Positions 29,182 to 39,315 of a DNA stretch of 64,000 nucleotides are shown here, piece by piece. The translations under genes and the position numbers were made by a program. The DNA is from Desulfomicrobium sp. (GTDB lineage: Bacteria > Desulfobacterota > Desulfovibrionia > Desulfovibrionales > Desulfomicrobiaceae), in contig JAXGMI010000001.1 of the NCBI GenBank assembly GCA_040768745.1, forward strand, positions 1,728,001 to 1,792,000, written 5' to 3'. Within the stretch, counting starts at the first letter, position 1; each line of letters starts with the position of its first letter. The notes under the pieces are model-generated. The model was given only the letters and a program-made list of their open reading frames with translations. It was not told the origin of the DNA and made no database searches.

Positions 29182-31773
29182 ATGCAACTTGTACATATGT
29201 ATACTGTCGTACCTAAACTGCCAGAGAAATTGCTGCCGCTCAAAACACTGGCCTATAACCTCTATTTTTCCTGGCAACATGAAATCGAGGAATTCTTTGC
29301 CCAGATGGACAGAGGGTTGTGGGAAAAGTGTGAACACAATCCGGTCTGTTTTCTCAATCATCTGCCCCAGGGTGTGCTGGAAGAGTTGGCGGAAGATGAA
29401 TTCTTTCTGGATCGCCTGTCAACCATTTCGGCATCTTTCAACAAATACATGTCCAAGCGCGGTCCACTGGACGGTTTCGACGCGCAGGACAATGGCCCGG
29501 TGGTGGCCTATTTCAGCGCCGAATACGGTATCGCCCAGTGTCTGCCCGTCTACTCCGGAGGTCTCGGAATTCTGGCCGGAGACCATCTCAAGTCCGCCAG
29601 CGACCTGAACATCCCCTTGGTGGGCGTGGGGCTGTGCTACCAGCACGGCTATTTCCGCCAGTACATGACCCACGACGGCTGGCAGCAGGAGCGCTATCAG
29701 CCCAACGACTTCGAACAGATGCCTCTGACTCCTGTTCTGGACCATGACGGGCAGCCCCTCAAGATCCGCATCACGATGAAGGGGAAGCCATTGTTTTTCC
29801 GCATCTGGCGCGCCGATGTGGGCCGGATTCCGCTTTTTCTGATGGACACCAACATACCCGAGAACGAGCCCGAGCGCCGGGAGATCACTGCCCAGCTCTA
29901 TGGCGGGGATTTGGAAATGCGGATCATGCAGGAATACCTGCTGGGTATAGGCGGAATCAAGGCTCTCGGAGCCATGGGCCTCACTCCGCGGGTCATACAC
30001 ATGAACGAGGGGCATTCGGCGTTTGCAGGCCTGGAACGGATCAGGGCTCTGATGCATGAGCACCGGCTTTCTTTTGAGGCGGCCATGGAACTGGTTTCAC
30101 AGAGTTCCGTCTTCACCACCCACACCCCTGTGCCAGCCGGCAATGACCGATTCCCGCCTGAAATGATGGCCGGGTATTTCCAGGATTATGCCACGGATCT
30201 GGGGCTGTCCTGGAAGGTGTTCCTGGCCTTGGGCCGGGAAAACTCCCTGGACGACCGGGAGCAGTTCTGCATGACCGTGCTGGCTTTGCGCCTGTCCCGT
30301 TTCAACAACGGCGTCAGCCGGCTGCACGGCAAGGTGTCCCGCAAGATGTGGTCCAAGGTCTGGCCCCAGTATCCCGAAGAGGACGTACCCATCACCTCTG
30401 TTACCAATGGCATCCATTTCCCGACCTGGGTAGCCCCGGAGATGTCCATGCTGTTCGACCGGTTTCTGGGTCAATCCTGGCGGGAAGATCTGGATTGCGA
30501 ACGGGTGGGGGATAAATTCGACTCCATTCCGGACATGGAGCTCTGGCGCACCCACGAACGGCTGCGGGAGCGGTTGATGGATTTCGTGCGGCGCCGTTTA
30601 CAGCAGCAGATCGTATCCCGTGGCGGGCGCAGGTGGGAACTGGAGGTGGCCGATAATGTCCTGAATCCCGAGGCTCTGACCATCGGCTTTGCCCGTCGCT
30701 TCGCGTCCTACAAGCGGGCTTACCTGTTGCTCAAGGATGACGACCGTCTGAAGCAGCTCATTTCTGATCCTGCCAGGCCCGTGCAGTTCGTTTTTGCGGG
30801 CAAGGCCCACCCGCGAGACAACGAAGGCAAAAAGATCATCCAGGAGCTGATCAGCCTCTGTCAATCCAAGGAATGCCGCCAGTCCATGGTTTTCCTGGAG
30901 GACTACGACATGCAGGTGGCCCGTTATCTGGTCCAGGGGTGTGACGTGTGGCTCAACAATCCGCGACGGCCACTGGAGGCCTGTGGGACCAGCGGCATGA
31001 AGGCCATGGCCAATGGGGTGCTCAACCTGAGTACCCTGGACGGCTGGTGGGATGAAGCCTGGCTCCAGGACAACAGCGTGGGATGGGCCATCGGCAAGGC
31101 TGAAGAATACGACGATGTGGAATACCAGGATTTCGTTGAAAGCCAAACCCTTTATAACATTTTGGAAAAAGACGTCATCCCGCTTTTCTACGATCGCGCC
31201 CAGGGGGCATTTCCGCGCCGTTGGGTGCGGCGGATGAAGCGGGCCCTCAGAGCATTGGGGCCGGTATTCAACGGGCATCGCATGGTGGAGGAATACACCA
31301 AGCGGGCGTATCTCCCGGCGGACATCAGCTATGGTAAGCTCGTTGCGGACGCCTACCGCCCGGCCATGGAGCTGGCCGAATGGCGCATGAACCTGTTGAC
31401 CCATTGGGGACGTCTCGGAATCCGCAACGTGCAGTGCAACACGGCCCAGGAACTGTATGTGGGAGAAAATCTGGAAGTCAGCGCCGAAGTGCTGGTGGAG
31501 GGCCTTGCAATCAAGGACATCCGCGTGGAGATCTATACGGGTCCGCTTGATCATACCGGGGGGTTTGCCTCCAGATCGACGTTCCCCATGGTTCCGGACG
31601 AACGCACCGCTGACGGCTGGTATGTCTATCGGGGGAGGGCCACACCCATGGCCACTGGAAAGTTCGGCTTCACTGTCCGCATTCTTCCCTCCCATCCCCT
31701 GTTGCGCGATGCGCACAGTCTGGGGCTCATTTACTGGGCCGGGCAGGGAGGTTCGGCGGTCAAGGGGAGCTGA
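29182..31773 (+). CDS. glgP: Alpha-glucan (glycogen) phosphorylase
   Basis: YSGGLGILAGD, MNEGH, TTHTPVPAG, FARRF, EACGTSGMKA; start 29182 after GGGGG RBS. Confidence 0.93.
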   Translation: MQLVHMYTVVPKLPEKLLPLKTLAYNLYFSWQHEIEEFFAQMDRGLWEKCEHNPVCFLNHLPQGVLEELAEDEFFLDRLSTISASFNKYMSKRGPLDGFDAQDNGPVVAYFSAEYGIAQCLPVYSGGLGILAGDHLKSASDLNIPLVGVGLCYQHGYFRQYMTHDGWQQERYQPNDFEQMPLTPVLDHDGQPLKIRITMKGKPLFFRIWRADVGRIPLFLMDTNIPENEPERREITAQLYGGDLEMRIMQEYLLGIGGIKALGAMGLTPRVIHMNEGHSAFAGLERIRALMHEHRLSFEAAMELVSQSSVFTTHTPVPAGNDRFPPEMMAGYFQDYATDLGLSWKVFLALGRENSLDDREQFCMTVLALRLSRFNNGVSRLHGKVSRKMWSKVWPQYPEEDVPITSVTNGIHFPTWVAPEMSMLFDRFLGQSWREDLDCERVGDKFDSIPDMELWRTHERLRERLMDFVRRRLQQQIVSRGGRRWELEVADNVLNPEALTIGFARRFASYKRAYLLLKDDDRLKQLISDPARPVQFVFAGKAHPRDNEGKKIIQELISLCQSKECRQSMVFLEDYDMQVARYLVQGCDVWLNNPRRPLEACGTSGMKAMANGVLNLSTLDGWWDEAWLQDNSVGWAIGKAEEYDDVEYQDFVESQTLYNILEKDVIPLFYDRAQGAFPRRWVRRMKRALRALGPVFNGHRMVEEYTKRAYLPADISYGKLVADAYRPAMELAEWRMNLLTHWGRLGIRNVQCNTAQELYVGENLEVSAEVLVEGLAIKDIRVEIYTGPLDHTGGFASRSTFPMVPDERTADGWYVYRGRATPMATGKFGFTVRILPSHPLLRDAHSLGLIYWAGQGGSAVKGS

Positions 31774-32519
31774 TGGCCAAACATGTGGAGCGGGCGGACG
31801 TGCTCCTGACCGAGCAAGGCCTGGCCGAAAGCCGGGAAAAGGCCAAACGTCTGATCATGGCGGGACAGGTCTGGCTGGTCCGGGGCAAGGACAGAATCCT
31901 GGTGGCCAAGCCCGGACAGCAGATCCCCCGCACGGCCTGTCTGGAGCTGAAGGACCTGGAGCGCTTCGTGTCCAGGGGTGGATACAAGTTGCTCACGGCC
32001 CTGGAGCATTTTGGGCTGGACGTGACGGGCATGGTCGCCCTGGACGCGGGTGCGTCGACGGGCGGGTTCACGGACTGTCTGTTGCAGTTCGGGGCCGCCC
32101 GGGTCTACGCCGTGGACGTGGGTCACGGCCAGTTGCACTGGAAGCTGGCGCAGGACCCGCGCGTGGTCAACATGGAGCGGGTCAATCTGCGTCATGCTGC
32201 GCCGGATCTGCTGCCCGAGAAGGTGGACCTGGTCGTGGCCGACTGCTCGTTCATTTCCCTGCGGCTCATTCTCCCGCCATGCCTGCAGTTCCTGAAGTCC
32301 GACGGCCAGCTCCTGGCCCTGGTCAAGCCGCAGTTCGAGCTCGGACCAGAACATGCGGTCAAGGGCGTGGTCCGCTCCGAGGAACTCCAACTCGCGGCCG
32401 TGGCCCAGGTGCAGGAGTTTGCCCGCTCCGAGCTCGGTTTGCATCCCCTTGGAGTCGTCGCGGCGGGCATCAAGGGCCCCAAGGGCAACCAGGAATACCT
32501 GCTGCGACTGACGCACTGA
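31773..32519 (+). CDS. tlyA: TlyA-family RNA methyltransferase
   Basis: S4 domain, VSRGGYKL, DAGASTGGFTD, SFISL, VKPQFE, GNQE. Confidence 0.92.
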   Translation: MAKHVERADVLLTEQGLAESREKAKRLIMAGQVWLVRGKDRILVAKPGQQIPRTACLELKDLERFVSRGGYKLLTALEHFGLDVTGMVALDAGASTGGFTDCLLQFGAARVYAVDVGHGQLHWKLAQDPRVVNMERVNLRHAAPDLLPEKVDLVVADCSFISLRLILPPCLQFLKSDGQLLALVKPQFELGPEHAVKGVVRSEELQLAAVAQVQEFARSELGLHPLGVVAAGIKGPKGNQEYLLRLTH

Positions 32520-32593
32520 TCGGGATTTTGCCCACAGGGACGGTTCGAGGTGGAATTCACCTCCGTCCCATCAACCTCAACCCACGTTCACGC

Positions 32594-33199
32594 ATGCCCG
32601 ACAGATACCTGACCGAAGGCCGCAAGGTGCGCCTCAGGTCCGTGCTGGAAAACCGCCAGCACGACCTGACCCTGGTTCTGAACAACATCCACGATCCCCA
32701 CAACGTTTCCGCCATCCTGCGCAGTTGTGATGCCTTCGGCGTCTTCGGCGTGCACCTCTACTACACCAAGGAAAAATTTCCGGCCCTGGCCAACAGCTCT
32801 TCGGGCTCCGCCAAGAAATGGATCGAACTGACCCGACACCGCGAGGCCGGCGCCATGATCGATGGTCTGCGCGCCAGCGGCATGCAGATCGTTGGCACGG
32901 GGTTCGGCCCTGCGGCGCGTCCGGTCATGGACATCGACTTCACCAGACCCACGGCCGTTATCCTCGGCAACGAGCACCGCGGCATGGACCCCGACGTCAA
33001 GGCCCACGTGCCCGACGAAATCTACATTCCCATGTTCGGCATGGTGCAGAGCCTGAATGTTTCCGTGGCCGCGGCGGTCATTCTCTACGAGGCCATGCGC
33101 CAACGCCGGGCCGCCGGCATGTATGGGCAGAGCGCCCTGGACGGCGAAGGATTCGAGGCGGTATACGCCGACTGGTGCACTCGCGGCAAAGACTATTAG
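32594..33199 (+). CDS. trmH: SpoU-family tRNA G18 2'-O-methyltransferase
   Basis: DPHNVSAILRSCDAFG, GNEHRG, IPMFGMVQSLNVSVA; real start 32594 within the 580-aa ORF. Confidence 0.88.
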   Translation: MPDRYLTEGRKVRLRSVLENRQHDLTLVLNNIHDPHNVSAILRSCDAFGVFGVHLYYTKEKFPALANSSSGSAKKWIELTRHREAGAMIDGLRASGMQIVGTGFGPAARPVMDIDFTRPTAVILGNEHRGMDPDVKAHVPDEIYIPMFGMVQSLNVSVAAAVILYEAMRQRRAAGMYGQSALDGEGFEAVYADWCTRGKDY

Positions 33200-33224
33200 C
33201 CGGGGCCCGGCCCCTGGAGAAGAG

Positions 33225-34292
33225 ATGGCGGGAAACACATTTGGCACCGTGTTCCGGTTGACGACTTTCGGCGAATCCCATGGACCTGCCCTCGGGGGGG
33301 TGGTGGACGGCTGCCCGGCAGGAGTGGCCATCGACGATGCTGCCATTCAGGCCGAACTCGACAAACGGCGACCCGGCCAGGCAGGTTTGGCATCCTCGGC
33401 CCGCAAGGAGCCCGATCGGATTCGTCTCCTGTCTGGGCTGTTCGAGGGGAAAACCACAGGCACGCCCATTGGTTTTGTGATCGAGAACTCGGATCAGCGG
33501 TCTGCTGATTATGGGGCCATCAAGGACGTTTTCCGACCCGGCCACGGCGATATGACCTACCAATCCAAATACGGCCTGCGCGACTATCGCGGAGGCGGTC
33601 GGTCTTCAGGCCGCGAGACTGTGTCCCGCGTGGCCGGCGGGGCCGTAGCCGGGGCGTTTCTGGAGACGCTGGGCATCTGTGTCATGGCCGGGACCGTGGA
33701 ACTCGGCGGGATCGCCGCAGGCTCGGTGGATCTGGCCGGAGCCGTGGAGCGACCGTTCTTCGCCGCCGCCGGCTGCGTCGTGGAGGCCTGGGAGGAACGT
33801 GTGCGCGACGTCGCAGGACATGGCGACACCCTGGGCGGCATCGTCGAGATCCGGGCCACGGGCGTTCCGCCTGGGTTGGGGGAACCGGTTTTCGACAAGC
33901 TGGATGCCCGGTTGGCAGCGGCACTGATGAGCGTTGGGGCAGTCAAAGGGGTGGAGATCGGGTCCGGATTCGCTGCCGCTCGTGTCCTGGGCAGCGAAAA
34001 CAACGATGCCATGGATGCCAAGGGCTTCCGTTCCAATCATGCGGGCGGGATCCTGGCCGGGATTTCCAGCGGCCAGGACATCGTGGTACGGGCCGCAGTG
34101 AAGCCCATACCCTCCATTGCCCGCGAACAGCACACTGTGGACCGTTTTGGCCAGGAGACAACCATCAGCGTGGCTGGGCGTCACGATATCTGCGCGATCC
34201 CGCGCATAGTCCCGGTGCTTGCGGCCATGGTCCGGTTGTCGCTGGCTGACATGGTTCTCCTGCAGCGCCGCATGGGGATGGAGGCGGGATGA
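33225..34292 (+). CDS. aroC: Chorismate synthase
   Basis: TTFGESHG, RPGHGD, RSSGRET, GEPVFDKLD, GRHD. Confidence 0.95.
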   Translation: MAGNTFGTVFRLTTFGESHGPALGGVVDGCPAGVAIDDAAIQAELDKRRPGQAGLASSARKEPDRIRLLSGLFEGKTTGTPIGFVIENSDQRSADYGAIKDVFRPGHGDMTYQSKYGLRDYRGGGRSSGRETVSRVAGGAVAGAFLETLGICVMAGTVELGGIAAGSVDLAGAVERPFFAAAGCVVEAWEERVRDVAGHGDTLGGIVEIRATGVPPGLGEPVFDKLDARLAAALMSVGAVKGVEIGSGFAAARVLGSENNDAMDAKGFRSNHAGGILAGISSGQDIVVRAAVKPIPSIAREQHTVDRFGQETTISVAGRHDICAIPRIVPVLAAMVRLSLADMVLLQRRMGMEAG

Positions 34293-35077
34293 GCGCACCC
34301 ATCGGCTTTCTCATCAAGAAGGCCTTGTCCGCCATCTTCATGCCCCTCTCCATTTGTCTTCTTTTTTTCGCCTTGGGCGGCGCCTATGTCCTGCTGCGCC
34401 GCTCCAGGGACGCCCTGGCCCCTTTTGCCATCGGCGCGATGCTCCTGTACGCCTTTTCCCTCAACTCGATTTCAGGATACCTGGTCCGTCCCCTGGAGCA
34501 GGCCTATGCCCCTCTGGATGTGACCGTTCTCGGCCCGGCCGGAAAGACGGTAAAATGGGTTGTTGTCCTCGGATCCTGGCACTGGACCGACCGCCGTCTT
34601 TCTGCCGCAGGCATGCTCAATGAAAGCGCGCTGTCCAGACTGGTCGAAGGTATTCGTGTAGCCAAACGTTTGTCGGGTTCTGTCTTGCTTGTCAGCGGAG
34701 GGAAATACAGGGATGAGCAGTCCAGTGCACACGTCATGGCTTCGGCCGCGGTGGAACTTGGTTTTGACCCAGCCTGCATCCTCCTGGAGGACACGTCCCT
34801 CGACACCGAGGATGAAGCCGTCCTGATCAAGAACATGGTTGGCGATGAACCGTTTGTCCTGGTTACCTCGGCTTCGCATATGCTGAGGTCCATGAAGCTT
34901 TTTCAAGGCCAGGGCATGCGTCCCATCCCGGCGCCGGCGTATTTCCGTAACAAGGGTGAGCCGGAAACATTTGTGCCCTATCCGGACAATATCCTGACCT
35001 GTCATCTGGCCGTGCACGAATACCTGGGTTTGGCCTGGGCCCTGGTGCGCGGGAAGATCTCCCTCGACTCCCCGTGA
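34289..35077 (+). CDS. DUF218/ElyC (YdcF) family envelope protein
   Basis: Two N-terminal TMs, VVLG, RL.EG, VSGG, DTEDEA, LVTSASHMLRS, HEYLG. Confidence 0.85.
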   Translation: MSAPIGFLIKKALSAIFMPLSICLLFFALGGAYVLLRRSRDALAPFAIGAMLLYAFSLNSISGYLVRPLEQAYAPLDVTVLGPAGKTVKWVVVLGSWHWTDRRLSAAGMLNESALSRLVEGIRVAKRLSGSVLLVSGGKYRDEQSSAHVMASAAVELGFDPACILLEDTSLDTEDEAVLIKNMVGDEPFVLVTSASHMLRSMKLFQGQGMRPIPAPAYFRNKGEPETFVPYPDNILTCHLAVHEYLGLAWALVRGKISLDSP

Positions 35078-35949
35078 TCGACATCCTGCCCACGCTGGCG
35101 CTGTGCACCCAACGGGCTTGCCCGGACAAGAAAACAGTGCGTCACTGGGAGTTGGTCCTGGCCGCACGCCGCGTTCTGTGCCGGGTCGAAGACGGCTCCA
35201 GGCTCCTGGTGGCTCCGGCCCTTGCCCGTCTGGCTGTGGCAGAGATCGTGGCTTACGAAGCGGAAAACCTTCCCCCCCGATATCCAGTCCCCTTGCCAGA
35301 CAATACCTGGGTGTCCATGCTCGTCATTGCGCTGTTCCTGGGGGCATCGTTCTGGGTGGATGGGCAGGGACTGGGAGAGCACTTGACGTGGTATGCGGCC
35401 GGGCAGGCGGATGCCAGAAGTATTCTGGAGGGACAGTGGTGGCGGTGCGTGACGGCCCTCTTTCTGCATGCCGATGCCGGTCATCTGCTGGCCAATGCGG
35501 CCGCCTTGGCCGTATTGGCGTCCATGCTTTGCAGACGGTTGGGTTCAGGTCTGGTCTGGGGGCTCTTTCTGTTCAGTGGAGGCTTGGGCAATGCGCTCAA
35601 TGCATGGGCGCAAGGGCCGGATCACCTGAGCATCGGGGCTTCGACCGGAGTCTTCGGTCTCATCGGCGTGCTGGGAGGCGGAGCAGGTCGGGCTCAGGCT
35701 GGCAAACGCGCCCAGGCGCTGCTCTTGTCCCTGGGCTTTGGGCTCAGTTTCCTGGCCTTGCTGGGAGCTGGGGAAGAACGCGTCGATGTGGGCGCCCATC
35801 TGTTCGGGCTGATTGTGGGTCTGCCCGTGGGACTCCTGCTGGGAGGGTGGCACGGGGTCTTGGGATGGAAGGCCTGGCTCAGCCATCTGCTCGGAGCGGC
35901 GGGATTTTTTGGGGCAGTCTGGGCCTGGATTCTGGCCTTCAGAAACTGA
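35074..35949 (+). CDS. Rhomboid-family intramembrane serine protease
   Basis: WWRCVTALFLH, HLLAN, GASTG, AHLFG. Confidence 0.88.
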   Translation: MIDILPTLALCTQRACPDKKTVRHWELVLAARRVLCRVEDGSRLLVAPALARLAVAEIVAYEAENLPPRYPVPLPDNTWVSMLVIALFLGASFWVDGQGLGEHLTWYAAGQADARSILEGQWWRCVTALFLHADAGHLLANAAALAVLASMLCRRLGSGLVWGLFLFSGGLGNALNAWAQGPDHLSIGASTGVFGLIGVLGGGAGRAQAGKRAQALLLSLGFGLSFLALLGAGEERVDVGAHLFGLIVGLPVGLLLGGWHGVLGWKAWLSHLLGAAGFFGAVWAWILAFRN

Positions 35950-35972
35950 AAAGCAGCCCGGAGGCTGCTTTT
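35949..35972. terminator. Bidirectional intrinsic terminator between rhomboid and rubrerythrin
   Basis: AAAAGCAGCC-CGGA-GGCTGCTTTT. Confidence 0.85.
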
Positions 35973-35990
35973 ACGGTCTGGAAGGGATGC

Positions 35991-36569
35991 TTACCAGTTC
36001 TGGGCAAGCTCTTCGAAGTGGGACTGGGGATGGGCACAGGCCGGACAGCAATCCACTGCCTTTTCGCCGGTATGCACGTAACCGCAATTGCGACACCGCC
36101 AGGTGACCTTTTTGTCACGTCTGAAGACGCGTCCTGTTTCAATGTTTTTGGCCAGGGCCAGATAGCGGCGCTCGTGCTCTTTTTCGGCCACAGCGATACA
36201 CCGCATGACCGCGGCGATCTCAGGAAATCCTTCCTCCTGGGCCACCTCGGCAAACTCCGGGTACATGTGCTGCCACTCGTGGTTTTCTCCGCCCGCCGCC
36301 TCACGCAGATTCTCGAGAGTTGAGCCGATACGCCCTGCCGGAAAGGATGCAGTGATTTCCACCTCGCCCCCCTCCAGGAGTTTGAACAGGGTTTTGGCAT
36401 GGGCCATCTCCTGGTCAGCGGTCTCGGAAAAAATTTCAGAAATCTGGACGTATCCTTCCGTGCGGGCCTGCTTGGCGAAAAAAGAATAGCGGTTGCGCGC
36501 CTGGGATTCGCCGGCAAAAGCCGTCAGGATATTTTTTTCGGTGCGGGTACCTTTCAGTGATTTCGACAT
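35991..36569 (-). CDS. rbr: Rubrerythrin
   Basis: AFAGESQARNRY, QEMAHA, EKEHERRY, CRNCG...CPACAH; GGAGG RBS. Confidence 0.95.
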   Translation of the reverse strand: MSKSLKGTRTEKNILTAFAGESQARNRYSFFAKQARTEGYVQISEIFSETADQEMAHAKTLFKLLEGGEVEITASFPAGRIGSTLENLREAAGGENHEWQHMYPEFAEVAQEEGFPEIAAVMRCIAVAEKEHERRYLALAKNIETGRVFRRDKKVTWRCRNCGYVHTGEKAVDCCPACAHPQSHFEELAQNW

Positions 36570-36597
36570 AATGCCTCCGTAGTTGAATTGTGGAAGG

Positions 36598-36625
36598 AGC
36601 ATAGCTTTTGCTGAGAATTTGTCAA
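36598..36625 (-). promoter_or_regulatory. Sigma70-type promoter of rbr
   Basis: TTGACA-16 nt-TATGCT. Confidence 0.55.
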
Positions 36626-36734
36626 TCTATTGATAATCTATACTAATAATAGGCCTGAATCATTTCCAGCAGGTGTCTTGACGCGTGGCTCAAGGTGTTT
36701 AGAAAAAGGCAATCAAAGACTGGAGGTGTTGCAT

Positions 36735-37148
36735 ATGGTCATTGATTTCAGCACATATTATGATTTGCCAAGTTCGATGGACAGTTTTTTTGAAGAGTTG
36801 TGGAGGCCGAGTGCCATCAGTCAGCGACGTATGGCCTATCCCCCTGTCAATATCAGCGAGGATGAGGAAAACATAATCGTTGCGTCTGAAATACCCGGTA
36901 TGGATACGGAGGACATCGACCTGACCCTGAACGAGAAAAGCCTGACCATCAAGGGCTCAAAGAAGAATGAAGTTGGCAACTACTACAGACAGGAGCGGCC
37001 CACCGGAAATTTTCAGCGGATCATCAACTTGAACATCCCAGTACAGGTAGATGCGGTCAGGGCTTCCATGAAGGACGGGGTGCTCAGGGTGGTTCTGCCC
37101 AAGGCCAAGGAATGCCGTCCCGTAACCATAGCAATCGACGAGCAATAG
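36735..37148 (+). CDS. Hsp20/alpha-crystallin small heat-shock protein
   Basis: YPPVNI, EIPG, ERPTGNFQR, DGVLRVVLPK; GGAGG RBS. Confidence 0.92.
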   Translation: MVIDFSTYYDLPSSMDSFFEELWRPSAISQRRMAYPPVNISEDEENIIVASEIPGMDTEDIDLTLNEKSLTIKGSKKNEVGNYYRQERPTGNFQRIINLNIPVQVDAVRASMKDGVLRVVLPKAKECRPVTIAIDEQ

Positions 37149-37157
37149 AGGTGTGCC

Positions 37158-37526
37158 ATGGCAAATGATATCGAGAAAAGAACGCCTTCGACCCTTGCCA
37201 GGTTCCGGCCCAACACCGATATCCTGGAGCGTGAGGACGGATTCCACATATTCATGGATATGCCCGGAGTGGGCAAGGACGGATTGTCCATAGATCTGCG
37301 GGAAAACGAGCTGGAGGTCAGGGGGCGGGCGGTCTATCCCCGGGAGGAGAATGCCAAGGCCCTGCACGTGGAGTTCGGGGACGGGGAATATGTGCGGACC
37401 TTCACCATATCCGACGGCGTGGATAGGGAAGGTATTCGCGCCAGCCTGAAGAAAGGCCTTCTTGAGCTTTTTCTACCCAAGGCGGCCAGGTTCAAGCCCC
37501 GGAGGATAGAAATCCAGGCGGGATAA
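37158..37526 (+). CDS. Hsp20/alpha-crystallin small heat-shock protein
   Basis: PNTDI, DMPGV, YVRTF, GLLELFLPK. Confidence 0.92.
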   Translation: MANDIEKRTPSTLARFRPNTDILEREDGFHIFMDMPGVGKDGLSIDLRENELEVRGRAVYPREENAKALHVEFGDGEYVRTFTISDGVDREGIRASLKKGLLELFLPKAARFKPRRIEIQAG

Positions 37527-37571
37527 GAACCATTTGAGTGCGAACAACGGTGTATTTCGAGAAACCATGCG

Positions 37572-37598
37572 AGGCCCGGTTTTCCGGGCCTTTTTTTT
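37572..37598 (+). terminator. Intrinsic terminator after the hsp20 pair
   Basis: AGGCCCGG-TTTT-CCGGGCCT-TTTTTTT. Confidence 0.85.
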
Positions 37599-37601
37599 CC
37601 A

Positions 37602-38300
37602 TCATGCCAGGATGTTCCAGTTCAAAAGGTCAAAAAGATTCTGAAGCTCTCTGGCTGGGGGGCAGTACAGGCAGAGGTTCTCCCTGGTTGCCGGATGTTC
37701 AAAGCGCAGTTCAGTACTGGCCAGAAGCAGCCGGCTGAGGCCGAAATGTTCACGGAAAAAGCGGTTCTGCCGGCCGTCGCCCCGCAGCACGTCGCCGATG
37801 AGGGGATGGCGGATGTGGGCGAAGTGGCGCCGGATCTGGTGGGTGCGGCCGGACAGGGGGCGGACCCGGACCAGGCTGAAGCGGGCCGAGGCGTAGCGGC
37901 CAACGGGGATGTGGATTTCCGCCGTGCCCAGGCGGGTGAATTCGGTTTGGGCCGGCTGCTCTTTCCCGGACTCGGACCTGAGGGGGGCGTCGATGACGCC
38001 GTTTTGCGGAGCAAAGCCGCGAATCACGGCCACATAGGTCTTGACCACGGCCTGCGCCGCGAACTGTCTGGCCAGAATCCCTGCCTCCGTACCCGAAAGG
38101 GCCATGATCATCAGCCCAGATGTGGGCCGGTCCAGCCGGTGGACCGGAAAGACGCGTTGGCCCAGCTGGTCCCGCAGGAGCTGGAGCAGAAAGGGTTCCC
38201 GACCGGCGTGGGCGTTGCGGTGGACCAGGAGTCCTGCCGGTTTGTGGAGCGCAAGCAGGTGAGAGTCCTGGTACAGGATGGGAATTTCAGGTCGCGGCAT
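37602..38300 (-). CDS. truC: RluA-family pseudouridine synthase, TruC-like
   Basis: KPAGLLVH, HRLDRPTSG, GRTHQIRRH, HPLIGD. Confidence 0.8.
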   Translation of the reverse strand: MPRPEIPILYQDSHLLALHKPAGLLVHRNAHAGREPFLLQLLRDQLGQRVFPVHRLDRPTSGLMIMALSGTEAGILARQFAAQAVVKTYVAVIRGFAPQNGVIDAPLRSESGKEQPAQTEFTRLGTAEIHIPVGRYASARFSLVRVRPLSGRTHQIRRHFAHIRHPLIGDVLRGDGRQNRFFREHFGLSRLLLASTELRFEHPATRENLCLYCPPARELQNLFDLLNWNILA

Positions 38301-39315
38301 CGGCTTCGGTCAGTTCCCCGCGAAGGTTCTGCGGTATGCGGGTACGGATCTCCGCAGGCCTAAGTCCCAGGCTGAAGAGATAGATCAGCTTGGTCAAGGC
38401 GGCTTCGGCAGTCATGTCCCTTCCCGATATCACACCTGCCCGGGCCAGGGCGGAACCGGTCTGATAGCCGCCCTGGTCGACCGTCCCCCGCAGACACTGC
38501 GAGCAGTTCACAATGACCACACCTCGAGCGCAGGCCTCGGCCAGAACGGCCATGAGCGTCAGGTTTTCCGATGGCCCGTTGCCCATGCCATAGGTTTCCA
38601 GCACCAGTCCCTGCAGCGGCGAACGCAGGACATTGGCTACCAGTTCGGCCGAGATGCCCGGAAAGAGGCGCAGTGCACCGACCCTGGCACTGGAGAGCGG
38701 ATGCACAGTCAGCCCGTTCGCAGGGTGCGGCGGGTGAATACGGTCTAGATGGGAACGGATGCCCACTCCGATGGTGCCCAGGTCAGGATAGTTGGGAGAA
38801 TCGAAGGCCTGGAATCCGACAGCGTCCACCTTGGTGGATCGGCACCCGCGCAGCAGTCGGTTTCCGAAACACAGGCAGACCTCGGGCACCGGGGCCTGGG
38901 CAATGACCATCAGGGCGGTGATCAGGTTGTCCCGGCCGTCACTGCGGACCCTGCACAAGGGGATCTGTGATCCGGTGAGGATCACGGGCTTGGCCAGACC
39001 CTCCAGCATGAAGGAAAAGGCCGATGCCGTGTACGCCATGGTGTCGGTGCCATGGATAACGATGAAACCGTCGAATTCGAGGTATGCGGCTGCGATGTCG
39101 CGGGCAATGGCCAGCCAGTGCCGGGGGTCCATGTTGGAGGAATCCAGGAGTGGCGAGTGTTCGCGGATGACATAGTCCGGCACCTCAGGGTTGGCGAATT
39201 CCGGCATGGAGGCCATGGTCTGGGCCAGGTAGCCTGGATCCGGGGCATATCCCATTGGGGTGGAACGCATGCCGATGGTCCCTCCGGTGTAGAGAATGCA
39301 AACCCGTTTTTTCAC
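38287..39315 (-). CDS. ansA: L-asparaginase type I
   Basis: TGGTIGM, DSSNM, HGTDTMAY, TGSQIP, MTAEAALTKL. Confidence 0.92.
   Translation of the reverse strand: MKKRVCILYTGGTIGMRSTPMGYAPDPGYLAQTMASMPEFANPEVPDYVIREHSPLLDSSNMDPRHWLAIARDIAAAYLEFDGFIVIHGTDTMAYTASAFSFMLEGLAKPVILTGSQIPLCRVRSDGRDNLITALMVIAQAPVPEVCLCFGNRLLRGCRSTKVDAVGFQAFDSPNYPDLGTIGVGIRSHLDRIHPPHPANGLTVHPLSSARVGALRLFPGISAELVANVLRSPLQGLVLETYGMGNGPSENLTLMAVLAEACARGVVIVNCSQCLRGTVDQGGYQTGSALARAGVISGRDMTAEAALTKLIYLFSLGLRPAEIRTRIPQNLRGELTEADAAT

Noticed and set aside
31457..32593. Long N-terminal extension on trmH (580-aa ORF)
   Set aside because: Out-of-frame overlap with glgP and tlyA giving G/R/P-rich nonsense; only residues from ATG 32594 are SpoU-like.
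36650..36734. CIRCE or ROSE element before the hsp20 pair
   Set aside because: No CIRCE inverted repeat, and the short leader has no clear SD-sequestering hairpin.
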